DNA of 64,000 bases from Microcoleus sp. (GTDB lineage: Bacteria > Cyanobacteriota > Cyanobacteriia > Cyanobacteriales > Microcoleaceae), in NCBI GenBank assembly GCA_042408215.1, contig JAYFMW010000030.1, positions 256,001 through 320,000 on the forward strand, read 5' to 3'. The translations under genes and the position numbers were made by a program. This document shows, one piece after another, positions 1 to 10,128 of this stretch. The notes below the pieces were generated by a model. That model worked only from the letters and a program-made list of their open reading frames with translations, had not been told where the DNA came from and ran no database searches. The number at the start of each line of letters is the position of its first letter. The first letter of the stretch is position 1.

Positions 1-207
1 GACGAATTACGAATTACGAATTACGAATTCCCAATGACTAATGACTAATGACTAATGACTAATGACTACTGACTACTGACTACTGACTACTGACTACTGA
101 CTACTGACTACTGACTACTGACTACTGACTACTGACTAATGACTACTGACTACTGACTAATGACTACTGACTACTGACTAATGACTACTGACTACTGACT
201 ACTGACT
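1..207. repeat. Heptamer tandem repeats (GAATTAC, TGACTAA, TGACTAC), STRR-type
   Basis: Directly visible arrays. The stop codon of the GHL10 gene lies inside the array. Confidence 0.95.
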
Positions 208-1533
208 GATGACTTCTTGATTCTTTTCCGTACTTGGCGAAGGCGAAGGTTCGCTGTTATTTCCAGGTTGATTCGGCTTAGCTTTGGGGTCTGGTTTGGG
301 TGGCGGAGGCGGAGGAAAAGTAGCCGCCCGTCTGGGTATTTGTTGCGCTGTTCGGAATGCAGAAAAGGGGAAGAAAGTTTGAAATTTAGACATTCGATCG
401 TCAAGAGATTCTGGTGTCAATTCCCATAAACTTTCGTAGTAGAAGAAAGCGACACCTAAGCCGTATTCTTGGACTGCTCGCACCTGGGATTGAATTTGCT
501 GCATGGGGACTGGGCGATTTCTTAAACCAGTCATAATCCCAACTCCTGTGGGAATCTTTTGCTGTGCTTCTTGCATTTCTGGACGATTAATTTTGCCAAC
601 AAATGATTCTAGATTTGGACGATAAACTTGCACAATTAGCTCGTCGGCAATATCTAAACGCACCCAAGCTAGCCAATCTTGCAGGTGATTCTTGTAAGCA
701 AATTCGTAGTAATTGGGAGAAATTGAGAAAATTGCATTGGGTTTTACTGCTTTTACCGCTTGATTTAGTCGCGACATAAATGCCGTAATTTTATTGGCTC
801 GCCACTGCACCCAAGCTGGATCTTCAAAATCTGTTGGAGGAGCTTTTTTGGTTTCTTTGGTATACAGCGCAACTGTGTAGGCATCGTAGCCAAATTCTGA
901 TGGCAAACTCATGTGATCGTCAAATTGAATGCCGTCAGCATTGTATTGAGTAGTGACCTCTAGTACGAGTTCGGTAATGAATTGCTGCACTTCTGGATGG
1001 AAAGGATTTAGCCAAACTACTTCGCCTCCAGCACCGTTTGATGTTTGGCTACCGTCTTGTTTTTGTGTTAACCAATCGGGATTATTTAATGCTAATTCTG
1101 ACGTGGGAGGAGCCATGAAACCAAACTCAAACCAAGGAATTACTAGCAATCCTTGGCGGTGAGATTGAGCTATTAAATCTCCGAGCATATCTTGTCCGTC
1201 TAAGCCTCTGTAAACAAAGGGTTGAATATCTCTTTGCTGCGCTACAGGACTAGGATACATTACATAGCCCGAATTCCAAATTACGGGATAAATAGTGTTG
1301 AAATTTAACTGCTTTAGTTTACTGACAGCATCTCCTAATTTGCGCCGATCTCTGAGGATGTCTTTGTCGTTTGTTGTCATCCAAACTCCGCGAATTTCCT
1401 GACGGGGTTGCTGGGCGATCGCCGGAATCAAGTTGTTCGCCAGCACTACTATAATGAATGAGATGGCAAACAGCATCGGGAGAATACGTTTAATCGATCG
1501 CAGCCAACCGCGAGGAATGATCCGTAATGTCAT
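199..1533 (-). CDS. Glycoside hydrolase-like family 10 (GHL10/DUF187) protein
   Basis: EIRGVW, FNTIYPVIWNSG, IPWFEFG, WLNPFHPEVQ and DGIQFDDH motifs, signal-like N-terminus. Start uncertain (ATG at 1533 or 1575). Confidence 0.85.
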   Translation of the reverse strand: MTLRIIPRGWLRSIKRILPMLFAISFIIVVLANNLIPAIAQQPRQEIRGVWMTTNDKDILRDRRKLGDAVSKLKQLNFNTIYPVIWNSGYVMYPSPVAQQRDIQPFVYRGLDGQDMLGDLIAQSHRQGLLVIPWFEFGFMAPPTSELALNNPDWLTQKQDGSQTSNGAGGEVVWLNPFHPEVQQFITELVLEVTTQYNADGIQFDDHMSLPSEFGYDAYTVALYTKETKKAPPTDFEDPAWVQWRANKITAFMSRLNQAVKAVKPNAIFSISPNYYEFAYKNHLQDWLAWVRLDIADELIVQVYRPNLESFVGKINRPEMQEAQQKIPTGVGIMTGLRNRPVPMQQIQSQVRAVQEYGLGVAFFYYESLWELTPESLDDRMSKFQTFFPFSAFRTAQQIPRRAATFPPPPPPKPDPKAKPNQPGNNSEPSPSPSTEKNQEVISQ

Positions 1534-1874
1534 AGTTTTGAATGGTGAGTTAGCTATTGAAACACACCCCGGCATAATTTGCTGATAAAATTTACTCGTT
1601 CTACAGTCTACAGCTATTTGTGCAGATTTGGTAATTGATTGAGTGAAATGGCTGGATTGATGCGATGCTCCGATCGCACTTCGGTCAAGTATAATATTTG
1701 ATACACAGAATAAGTGAGAGCCTGTTGTAATATCAAGTCCGATTGATTCGTTCTTATATAATGTGTTTTCCAAGTAGGGGCGGGTTTTACCAACCATCGA
1801 TGTCTAAAACTAACAATCTCGTAAACCCGCCCTGCTGCTGATACTACAAGCTGGAATATCTCCTTCGAACATCC

Positions 1875-3188
1875 ATGTCACAAGATTTAGTTTTAATTGG
1901 CGGCGGTCACAGTCATGCTATTGTATTAAAAATGTTCGGCATGAAACCAATACCGGGAGTGCGTTTGACTCTGATCAGCGATGTGCTGTACGCAACCTAT
2001 TCGGGGATGCTGCCCGGACACATTGCCGGGTTTTACAGTTATGATGAATGTCACATCGATTTGCGATCGCTCTGTGAATTTGCCCAGTGCCAGATATTTG
2101 TCGATCGGGCGATCGCGATCGACTTTAACAAAAATCGCGTGATTTGTCAAAATCGCCCCCCCGTTAATTTTGACTTGCTTTCCATTGATATTGGCAGCAC
2201 TCCCGCGACTTTATCCGTACCTGGTGCCGCACAATATGCAATTCCAGCTAAACCCGTACCAGAGTTTTTAGCTAACTGGAATCAGCTAATTGCATCAACG
2301 CCAAATCATCCCGAAAAACCTCTGCGTATCGCCATTGTTGGCGGCGGTGCAGGCGGCGTAGAATTGGCATTAAATATGCAGTATAGCTTGAGGAAGGAAG
2401 AGGGAAGAAGGAAGTTCGGCAACAGATTGTGTAACGGATTTAACGGATTTAACGGATTTAACGGATGGATATTAAGGCAAGACGGAAGACGTAAGAGAGA
2501 AGAGGGAAGAGGGAAGAAAGAAGAAGAATTAGAAATTCATTTGTTTCATAGCGGTGCTGAATTGATGGCTGCACATAACCAACGGGTGCGCCGCCGCCTC
2601 AAAGAAATTCTCATTAATCGTGGTATTAAACTGCATTTAATGGAAAAAGTCAGTGCCGTGCAAAAGCAAGAAATGATTGACATAGAAGATAATCAAGAAT
2701 GCCCCATGCCCCATGCCCCATGCCCCATGCCCAATTACCAAATTTATTGTGAATCCGGTTTAAAATTAGAGTTCGATCGCATTTTTTGGGTAACACAAGC
2801 ATCCGCAGCTAATTGGATAAAAGAATCTGGTTTAGCCACTGACTCAAACGGGTTTATCCAAGTTAACGATTACTTGCAATCAGTCTCTCACCCTCACGTA
2901 TTTGCTGCTGGCGATATCTGCACGATGGTTAATTATCCGCGCCCCAAAGCAGGCGTATTTGCTGTGCGTCAAGGCAAACCTTTATTTGAAAATTTGCAGC
3001 AAATTTTATTAGCAAAACCGCTCAAATCTTTTGCACCGCAAGAACAATATTTAGGGCTAATTGGTACTGGGAATAAAAGGGCGATCGCCTCTCGCGGCAA
3101 TTTCATGTGGGAATCGCCCTTACTATGGTACTGGAAAGATTGGATCGATCGCCAATTTATGCAAAATTTTATCAATAAAAATGAGTAA
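1875..3188 (+). CDS. FAD-dependent oxidoreductase resembling the N-terminal domain of SelD fusion proteins
   Basis: LVLIGGGHSH, YSGMLPG, GGGAGGVE, VFAAGD and PKAGVFAVRQG motifs. Carries in-frame repeat-derived inserts. Confidence 0.85.
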   Translation: MSQDLVLIGGGHSHAIVLKMFGMKPIPGVRLTLISDVLYATYSGMLPGHIAGFYSYDECHIDLRSLCEFAQCQIFVDRAIAIDFNKNRVICQNRPPVNFDLLSIDIGSTPATLSVPGAAQYAIPAKPVPEFLANWNQLIASTPNHPEKPLRIAIVGGGAGGVELALNMQYSLRKEEGRRKFGNRLCNGFNGFNGFNGWILRQDGRRKREEGRGKKEEELEIHLFHSGAELMAAHNQRVRRRLKEILINRGIKLHLMEKVSAVQKQEMIDIEDNQECPMPHAPCPMPNYQIYCESGLKLEFDRIFWVTQASAANWIKESGLATDSNGFIQVNDYLQSVSHPHVFAAGDICTMVNYPRPKAGVFAVRQGKPLFENLQQILLAKPLKSFAPQEQYLGLIGTGNKRAIASRGNFMWESPLLWYWKDWIDRQFMQNFINKNE

Positions 3189-3424
3189 TTGGCCCATAGG
3201 GCGATCGGAGTAAGTGAGCAACGGCTAAAAAAACAGAATACCCAGATTCCCACAGGCTTTAAGAAGTCGGGAATCTAACAGAACCAATGCCCAATGCCCA
3301 ATACTTCGACTACGCGAGCGTGCGCCGCTTCGCTCAGCACAAGTGCCCAATGCCCAAGAACACCTCATTTACTTGAGAAAGGCTATATCATAGTAGTATC
3401 AGCAGGAATCAGTAACGAATAATT

Positions 3425-4084
3425 ATGTTCAGAAAAATCAGCTTTTGGCTACTTTGGATTGGATTTAGCACCTATGCCTTTGTATTTGCACCTCCCGACA
3501 GCCCAGAAACTATCACACTAATTACCAATCTTTCCACCGGCCAAGTAGCAGACATCAACCCTCTAATTGTCGCCTTGTTCAACATCATGGGAATTTGGCC
3601 ACTAATCTATAGTTGCGTGTTGTTTGCTGACGGTAGAGGACAAAAAATACCAGCCTGGTTATTTGCTACTTTATCATTTGGCGTCGGCGCATTTGCCTTA
3701 GTCCCTTATTTAGCCCTGCGGGAACCTAATCCAGAATTTACCGGCAATAAAAATATCTTTTTAAAGGTATTAGACTCCCGTTTTACAGGAATTTTATTAA
3801 CATTAGGCGCTGCTGCTTTAGTTGCCTTTGGCTTGACACAAGGCGATTGGTCTGATTTTATTTTGCAGTGGCAGACTAGCCGTTTTATCCACGTAATGAG
3901 TTTGGATTTCTGTATGCTTTCGGTGTTATTTCCGACATTGTTGGCCGATGATATGGCCCGCAGAGGAATGGAGAACTATACAGCATTTTGGGCAGTAACA
4001 TTAGTGCCTTTGTTTGGCCCGCTGACATATCTGTGTACGCGCCAACCATTGCCGGAAAATAATGTTCAAAATGTTACAAATTAG
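3425..4084 (+). CDS. Conserved integral membrane protein (DUF2834-like)
   Basis: Several hydrophobic helices, FIHVMSLDF and DDMARRG motifs. Confidence 0.65.
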   Translation: MFRKISFWLLWIGFSTYAFVFAPPDSPETITLITNLSTGQVADINPLIVALFNIMGIWPLIYSCVLFADGRGQKIPAWLFATLSFGVGAFALVPYLALREPNPEFTGNKNIFLKVLDSRFTGILLTLGAAALVAFGLTQGDWSDFILQWQTSRFIHVMSLDFCMLSVLFPTLLADDMARRGMENYTAFWAVTLVPLFGPLTYLCTRQPLPENNVQNVTN

Positions 4085-4141
4085 ACAGTAATTCCGACAA
4101 TTATCAGTTTAATCTAGAACTCAATCAAAAGTAATCATACA

Positions 4142-4286
4142 AGAAACAGGCTTTTCGGCCTGTTCCACAATAAGTAAGTTTTATTGTGGGGAGTAGGGGT
4201 TGGGCTTCTAGCCCGCCAGTTAGAAACAGGCTTTTCGGCCTGTTCCACAATAAGTAAGTTTTATTGTGGGGTTGGGCTTCTAGCCC
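4142..4286. repeat. Tandem duplication (period 80) of a hairpin-rich REP-like unit
   Basis: AGAAACAGGCTTTTCGGCCTGTTCCACAATAAG...GGGCTTCTAGCCC at 4142 and 4222. Confidence 0.9.
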
Positions 4287-4357
4287 ATGAAAGACTGATT
4301 ACAAATAGTGCAAAATTTGAGTATTAATCTAAATAACTATCTCCCGCCCTGTAGCAA

Positions 4358-5086
4358 ATGAAAAAACATCCGATCATTGGTATCACAACCTATAGCCGCA
4401 GTCCAGTAGGCGAATACTGCCTGAATGGATCTTATATTGATGCAGTGCAAGCGGCTGGCGGCATTCCGATTTTGCTGCCACCGAATCAATTAGATCCAGC
4501 TAGTATTTTCGATGCGGTAGACGGTTTGATTTTTTCCGGTGGTGGAGATATTAACCCAGAACTTTATGGAGGCTGTATTGAGGAAACAGTTTATGCGATC
4601 GATACAGAACGTGATAATTTTGAATTAGGCTTAGCTAAGCTAGCTTTCAAAGCTGACATACCTGTTTTGGGGATTTGTCGCGGAATGCAAATCCTGAACG
4701 TAGCCAGCGGTGGCAGTTTGGTGATTCACGTACCGGATGCTTACGGGGACGAGGTTACTCACGGATCGGGAATTCCCCCGCGTGCGATCGAGCATAGCAT
4801 TGAAATTGAACCCAACAGTAGGCTGGCAAAAATCATGGGAATAACTTCAACAAAAGTTGTTTCTTGGCACCATCAAGCTGTGCAGAATGTGATACCTAGT
4901 TGGCAAATTGCAGCCCGCGCATCAGACAGTTTAGTAGAAGCAATGGAATATGAAAATCACCCTTGGACGATCGGAGTGCAGTGGCACCCGGAAAGGTCGC
5001 CAAAATGTTCGGGAAACTCTCGAATTTTTCGGTCTTTTGTCCAAGCAGCAGCTTCAAAATTTATGACTTATACCAAATCAGCGTGA
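4358..5086 (+). CDS. Gamma-glutamyl-gamma-aminobutyrate hydrolase family (peptidase C26, PuuD-like)
   Basis: SGGGDI, LGICRGMQ, SWHHQAV and VQWHPE class I glutamine amidotransferase motifs. Confidence 0.9.
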   Translation: MKKHPIIGITTYSRSPVGEYCLNGSYIDAVQAAGGIPILLPPNQLDPASIFDAVDGLIFSGGGDINPELYGGCIEETVYAIDTERDNFELGLAKLAFKADIPVLGICRGMQILNVASGGSLVIHVPDAYGDEVTHGSGIPPRAIEHSIEIEPNSRLAKIMGITSTKVVSWHHQAVQNVIPSWQIAARASDSLVEAMEYENHPWTIGVQWHPERSPKCSGNSRIFRSFVQAAASKFMTYTKSA

Positions 5087-5182
5087 CCATTGTCGGCGTG
5101 ATTTTTGCACATTTAGTATCTCATATCCCCAGGATCTCTTAGTCTGCGGAGGCAGAATTCGTTTGTGTAGTAGCGGTTTCAA

Positions 5183-5371
5183 CTACTCTTGATAGTCAGG
5201 ATCTATTTCAAGATCGAGGGTATCTTCATTTATTCTCACATACAGAACATTCGGGCGACAGCAAACTTGACAATCCTCAATATATGATTGCTCCATTCCC
5301 CCACTAATGTCAACAAAAGTTGTACTCGGTTCGCCGCAGAAAGCACAGTAATATTCAGCCGTTGTTTGCAT
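5183..5371 (-). CDS. Small CPXCG-type cysteine-rich protein
   Basis: CAFCGE and YIEDCQVCCRP motifs. Overlaps the upstream SRPBCC gene. Confidence 0.8.
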   Translation of the reverse strand: MQTTAEYYCAFCGEPSTTFVDISGGMEQSYIEDCQVCCRPNVLYVRINEDTLDLEIDPDYQE

Positions 5372-5816
5372 CTTTTTCGCACTCCCTTTTTGTAACTTCA
5401 TGGCGGTAGCGAAACATATCTGTTAACCGCATATTTACCCACCAACCTAATAATAAATCGACAATTGGGCCGCCCGGTATCGAAAAGGCGATCGCATCCG
5501 TCAATCTAGTCTGACCATTTTCTGTGGTAAACTCGTGTCGGTGAATCCAACTAGCCATCGGCCCCTCAGTTTGCTCATCAACAAACAAGCGATACTGTTC
5601 GCACTGAGTATGAGTCGCCACCCATTTTACCGGAATCGGCCCCAATAAAAGGCGAAATTCAGATACAGCACCCACATCAAGTCCACCTTCGCGGCGAATT
5701 ATTTTCACCGGTTGCCAAGGCGGAGTCAAAAGTTGCAAAATATCCGGTCTTTCGTGAAAGTTCCAGACAGTTTCAACGGCAGAATTAATCAGTGATGAAT
5801 ATCGAAAGTTAGGCAT
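5355..5816 (-). CDS. SRPBCC family protein
   Basis: VWNFH, LTPPW and FVDEQxxGPMxxWxHxHxF pattern. Confidence 0.85.
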   Translation of the reverse strand: MPNFRYSSLINSAVETVWNFHERPDILQLLTPPWQPVKIIRREGGLDVGAVSEFRLLLGPIPVKWVATHTQCEQYRLFVDEQTEGPMASWIHRHEFTTENGQTRLTDAIAFSIPGGPIVDLLLGWWVNMRLTDMFRYRHEVTKRECEKDANNG

Positions 5817-5830
5817 TTTTTGAATTTTTA

Positions 5831-6184
5831 CTAAACAGTTAATTGCGCTGGAATTTCAGCATTTACATTATTATCCTCTGGATATGTACAAACAGCAACA
5901 GTTAGCTTTAATCCCAAAGCATTCAGCCAAGTTCCCAGATGATAAATCGCATCACTTCCTTGTTGCGAAAGCAATTCATCCAGTATTTTTAAGTGCAATT
6001 CATATTGTTCGGGAGACATTTTTGGTTGACCGAGAGCTTCTGCTAAATCGCTGAGAGCTCGTTTCAGCAGTTCAGGTTCCGGCGCTTCTTCCTCTAATGT
6101 CGCCGTTATATAGGCTGCTGCCAGTTCCGGCTTTTTTCTGAGAGATTCAATCAAAAATGGATGATAAGGTAGGCTTTTAGGCAT
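5831..6184 (-). CDS. Putative antitoxin (addiction module antidote, HigA-like position)
   Basis: Starts 4 bp after the RelE-like toxin. AAAYI...LLKRALSDLAEA and LNALGLKLTV patterns. Confidence 0.65.
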   Translation of the reverse strand: MPKSLPYHPFLIESLRKKPELAAAYITATLEEEAPEPELLKRALSDLAEALGQPKMSPEQYELHLKILDELLSQQGSDAIYHLGTWLNALGLKLTVAVCTYPEDNNVNAEIPAQLTV

Positions 6185-6188
6185 TGTC

Positions 6189-6518
6189 TTAACTCCTATA
6201 ATCTGTCCAGTATTCTTTAGCTTGGCGGATATCTCTGTCTTGAGTGCTTTTATCGCCTCCGCAGATGAGAATCACAATCGTCATTCCTATTTGTCCAAAA
6301 TAGATTCGATAGCCTGGGCCATAATTGATTTTGAGTTCGCATACGCCTTCTCCCACGGAGCCATAGTCTCCTAAATTACCATCAGCAATTCGGTTCAGCC
6401 TAGATATAATCTTGGCTTGAGCATTGATATCTCTCAGCGAATCAAACCACTGATCGTAAGGCACTTCGCCATCTGAGGCGATGTAGCGCTGAATTTCTTT
6501 CGGTTGGACTTCTGGCAT
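6189..6518 (-). CDS. Type II toxin, RelE/ParE superfamily (addiction module killer)
   Basis: GNLGD, VGEGVCELKINYGPGYRIYF and GGDKSTQ motifs. Confidence 0.9.
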   Translation of the reverse strand: MPEVQPKEIQRYIASDGEVPYDQWFDSLRDINAQAKIISRLNRIADGNLGDYGSVGEGVCELKINYGPGYRIYFGQIGMTIVILICGGDKSTQDRDIRQAKEYWTDYRS

Positions 6519-6627
6519 AATTATATTATAGTGCGTCACTCATCCCAGTATGCTTGCAATTAATTATACTCAAGAAATGCCACAGGGGAAAGATGGAAAA
6601 ACTTACTGGTATTCATAATCGATAAAA

Positions 6628-6737
6628 CAGGACTTACGCACTCCGACCAAAGAAACCGGGTTTTTTTACTAAAATACACGTTGTAGCCCGCATATTCGGT
6701 AAAAAACCCGGTTTCTGGGCCCCCATGCGTAAGTCCG
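6628..6737. mobile_element. MITE with AGGACTTACGCA-type ends and an internal AGAAACCGGG/CCCGGTTTCT palindrome
   Basis: Terminal inverted repeats. Related copies near 14493-14603, 29788-29893, 35895-35978, 38477-38558 and 52774-52871. Confidence 0.7.
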
Positions 6738-6823
6738 ATAAAAGCAATTAGCCGATAGTTATTGCCACCAATATTAAATACTGTGGGGTCAATTATTCAA
6801 TTCTAAAATCTAAAATCTAAAAT

Positions 6824-8434
6824 CTAAAATCGAGTCATCGCCTCGGCTAAATGCTTCTTCAAAGTCGCTTCCGGTAGTGGCCCTTGCAAATGACTCCAAG
6901 GCAAAACCTGCTCTAAATCCCACTCTTGAAAAACATAGAAATCCATCTCTGGCAACTGTCCCCGCAACTCCTTAAAAGCGCGCCGATAACTGCCCAAAGT
7001 ATCGCCGTAATGCCGCACTAATTCTAACAGCTTTGACAAGCGTCGATCGCCCTTTGACAACAAACCCTGAATCACAGACCAGTTATAGCTTTCAGGTCTA
7101 AATTCTAAACCTAACTTCCGCAATTCTTTATCTAAAAACTTCAGTCTCTTCTCCGCATCTTTGTTCACTCCAAACCACTGAAAAGGAGTGTGAGATTTCG
7201 GGACAAATGTACTGCAACCAAAAGTCAATCGTAAACCCGGAGCAGCTTTTTTAACAGCCCGCATCATCGCCACCGTCTCCTCTAAATCCTCCATTTCTTC
7301 CCCAGGTATTCCCGCCATACCGTAGAGTTTAATTCCCTTTAAACCGCCAGATTTAGCATTAATAGCAGCTTGAATAATTTCGTCATTGGTGAGTTTTTTG
7401 TTGACAATTTTGCGGAGGCGATCGCTCCCACTTTCCACAGCAATTGTCACAGATTTACTGTCTCGTTTTGTCAATATTTCTGCCAATTTCACCGTCACCG
7501 TATTTGTACGCACCGAAGAAAGACTCAGCCGCACACCATCGTATTTCGGATGATTCAAATGATCCAGCAAAACTTCAAATTCCGGGTGTTGAGTGACAGA
7601 AGCACCCAACAAACCCAAACGATTAGTAACAGCTAAACCGCGATCGATCGCCGGAATTAGAGAAGCCTCCAAACTCGCAGTTCTAAACGGCAAAGTCAGA
7701 TAACTAGCCAAACAGAAACGGCACATTTCTGGACAACTCCGAACCACTTCCACCATGTAAATATTTTCCCAAGCAGCCTTTTCCGTCACCACAGTAGAAG
7801 CAGATAAAGTATTGCCGCGATAAGTCTGTTTTTCAACCAAGCTGGGAATTGCTGCATCAATGGGCTGAATAGATTTAATACCCTCAGTCGCATCCAGATA
7901 AATCACTTCGTATAAACTGGGAACATAAACCCCCGGAACTTGCGCCAAATGTCGCAATTTAGTTTGTCTATCGGCGGTACGGACTTCTTTAAAAGCATTT
8001 ATAAAATTGTCAATGAGATTCTCGCCATCTCCGAGCAAAATCACATCAAAAAAATCAGCAAAAGGTTCAGGATTAGCAGTAAAAACCGGGCCACCACCAA
8101 ATACAATTGGATGGTTATCTGTTCGTTGAGATGCCCAAATTGGCACTTCTAGAGATTCCAATAAATTGAGAATATTCACATAGTCTAGTTCCCAAGAAAG
8201 GGAAAATCCTAGTAATTCTGGATGTCGGGGAAGTTGTTCGCGGATATCAGTAAATAAACGACCCACTTCAAGATCCGATCGCACGGCCAAAGTTGCCCAC
8301 ACTATCTGATAGCCTAGGCTGGTGATGCCAACAGTGTACTCGTTGGGAAAACCAAAAATCGTCGGGATAGCGTCAACATCGGGGGTTGCTGGGGCAAATA
8401 GCAACCGTTCTTCAACAAATGGATTAGGAGTCAT
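6824..8434 (-). CDS. Radical SAM protein with B12-binding-like domain
   Basis: CPEMCRFC (CxxxCxxC) motif, GGGP and GDGE N-terminal motifs. Confidence 0.9.
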   Translation of the reverse strand: MTPNPFVEERLLFAPATPDVDAIPTIFGFPNEYTVGITSLGYQIVWATLAVRSDLEVGRLFTDIREQLPRHPELLGFSLSWELDYVNILNLLESLEVPIWASQRTDNHPIVFGGGPVFTANPEPFADFFDVILLGDGENLIDNFINAFKEVRTADRQTKLRHLAQVPGVYVPSLYEVIYLDATEGIKSIQPIDAAIPSLVEKQTYRGNTLSASTVVTEKAAWENIYMVEVVRSCPEMCRFCLASYLTLPFRTASLEASLIPAIDRGLAVTNRLGLLGASVTQHPEFEVLLDHLNHPKYDGVRLSLSSVRTNTVTVKLAEILTKRDSKSVTIAVESGSDRLRKIVNKKLTNDEIIQAAINAKSGGLKGIKLYGMAGIPGEEMEDLEETVAMMRAVKKAAPGLRLTFGCSTFVPKSHTPFQWFGVNKDAEKRLKFLDKELRKLGLEFRPESYNWSVIQGLLSKGDRRLSKLLELVRHYGDTLGSYRRAFKELRGQLPEMDFYVFQEWDLEQVLPWSHLQGPLPEATLKKHLAEAMTRF

Positions 8435-8449
8435 GGGATTTTAGATTTG

Positions 8450-8675
8450 AGATTTTAGATTTGAGATTAGGGAATTTATGCCTGGGAATTATGCCTCTCT
8501 CTTCTCTGACTCTGCGTTCTCTGCGTCCTCTGTGGTTTAATCATTTCGATTTGAGATTTGAGATTTTAGATTTGAGATTAGGGAATTTATGCCTGGGAAT
8601 TATGCCTCTCTCTTCTCTGACTCTGCGTTCTCTGCGTCCTCTGTGGTTTAATCATTTCGATTTGAGATTTGAGAT
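8450..8675. repeat. Exact tandem duplication of a 111-bp intergenic unit
   Basis: Period 111. The spurious ORF 8461-8679 repeats every 37 aa. Confidence 0.9.
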
Positions 8676-8698
8676 TTGAGATTAGGGAATTGACTTAT

Positions 8699-9211
8699 TC
8701 AAAGTTCCTCAGAAATAGAATCGCGATCGTCCTGTCTTCTCGGCGGCGGTGCACTGTGGAAAGTGGCAATTAGCAAACAGATAATCCCAGCATTGATAAA
8801 AACATCAGCTAGATTAAAAACCGGGAACCTAATTATCCGAAAATCGAGAAAATCTACAACGTGGCCGGAAATAAATCGATCGATCCCATTCCCCAGTGCG
8901 CCCCCCAAAATCAAGCCATAGCCAGCTTGTTCCCAGCGATTAATTCGTGGCCCGAACCAAGCGAGTACCATCAATCCCACACTAACGCCCAAAGACAGCC
9001 AGCGCAACCAAATCGCCCCGCCACTAAACAAACTAAAAGCCGCACCGGTATTAACAACATAAGTGAAGTGAAACACCCCAGACCACAGTGGCTGAGTCTG
9101 CGGAGGAACAGCCAAGTCAAAATTTTGCACCACCCAAAACTTAGTCAAGTGGTCTAAAACTAAACTGATAATAGCAGCAACCCAGAACCAAGGATTTCTT
9201 TTAAAACGCAT
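8699..9211 (-). CDS. lspA: Lipoprotein signal peptidase II
   Basis: NTGAAFS, GGALGNGIDR, VVDF and FNLAD motifs. Confidence 0.97.
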   Translation of the reverse strand: MRFKRNPWFWVAAIISLVLDHLTKFWVVQNFDLAVPPQTQPLWSGVFHFTYVVNTGAAFSLFSGGAIWLRWLSLGVSVGLMVLAWFGPRINRWEQAGYGLILGGALGNGIDRFISGHVVDFLDFRIIRFPVFNLADVFINAGIICLLIATFHSAPPPRRQDDRDSISEEL

Positions 9212-9463
9212 GAATTAGGCAGTAGAACATAGGGCATCGGATATTGATCGGCCGCAGCGAGATGACTCTCCAGTTGCACAACAACAGTATAACCTAATTT
9301 TGCACAATTACCAATGACTGATGACTAATGACTAATGACTAATAGACATCTCCTAAAAAGCCAGTCTTGAACAGGCAGGATGCCTGTTCCACAATAATTA
9401 TGACTAATGACTAATGACTAATGACTAATGACTAATGACTGATGACTAATGACTAATGACTAA

Positions 9464-10042
9464 TTAATAAAACATCAATCGACGTAAAAAAAATGACAGC
9501 ACTGCGATCGCACAAACTACCGCCAATTGTCCAGGCAAAGGATAAACTGAATACTTGAGAATCTCATCGAATAAAGGTGTGGTTCTTGTCGGTGGCAAAA
9601 AGTGAGTGACAATCAGATAAATTAAGCCGATCGCGTGAACCGTGAACAAACCGCACAAACAGCTAAAAGCCATAGATTCCAGCCGTGACACCACCTTAAA
9701 AGCCACCCATCCGCACACCCAAGCACCCGGAACAAAACCCAGTAAATAGCCAAAACTCGGTTCCTTGAGATAGCCGATGCCGCCGCCTTGAGAAAACACC
9801 GGCCACAAAGTTAATCCTAAAGCTAAATAGGCAATTTGTGACAGAGCCGCAGCATTTTTCCCACCCATGCAGCCTACCAGCAAAACGGCTCCTATTTGAT
9901 AGGTAACACCTAAAGAATAAGCCTGAAATCCTCGACCGTCCCAAAACCAAATTGGAGTGGTGACAGATGCAGGCAAAAAAGTGCCTCCTATCGTTAGGAT
10001 TAAACCAATAAAAGCCCAGATTAGTTCGATGGGAGCAGGCAT
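9464..10042 (-). CDS. bioY: Biotin transporter BioY
   Basis: Hydrophobic protein with PVFSQGGG...PSFGYLLGF, downstream of bioB. Confidence 0.92.
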   Translation of the reverse strand: MPAPIELIWAFIGLILTIGGTFLPASVTTPIWFWDGRGFQAYSLGVTYQIGAVLLVGCMGGKNAAALSQIAYLALGLTLWPVFSQGGGIGYLKEPSFGYLLGFVPGAWVCGWVAFKVVSRLESMAFSCLCGLFTVHAIGLIYLIVTHFLPPTRTTPLFDEILKYSVYPLPGQLAVVCAIAVLSFFLRRLMFY

Positions 10043-10128
10043 TCGATTTTAGATTTTAGATTTTAGATTGATTCAAGTTCTGTTACAGCGTATTCCACGT
10101 TTATGAAGTTTAGGGACACGGCAATGCC

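Noticed and set aside
1534..1797. N-terminal extensions in the ORF track (also 44354-44602 and 54216-54242)
   Set aside because: They run through repeats or leaders; downstream starts fit the protein families better.
8461..8679. 72-aa ORF with a 37-aa repeat
   Set aside because: Product of the 111-bp intergenic duplication.
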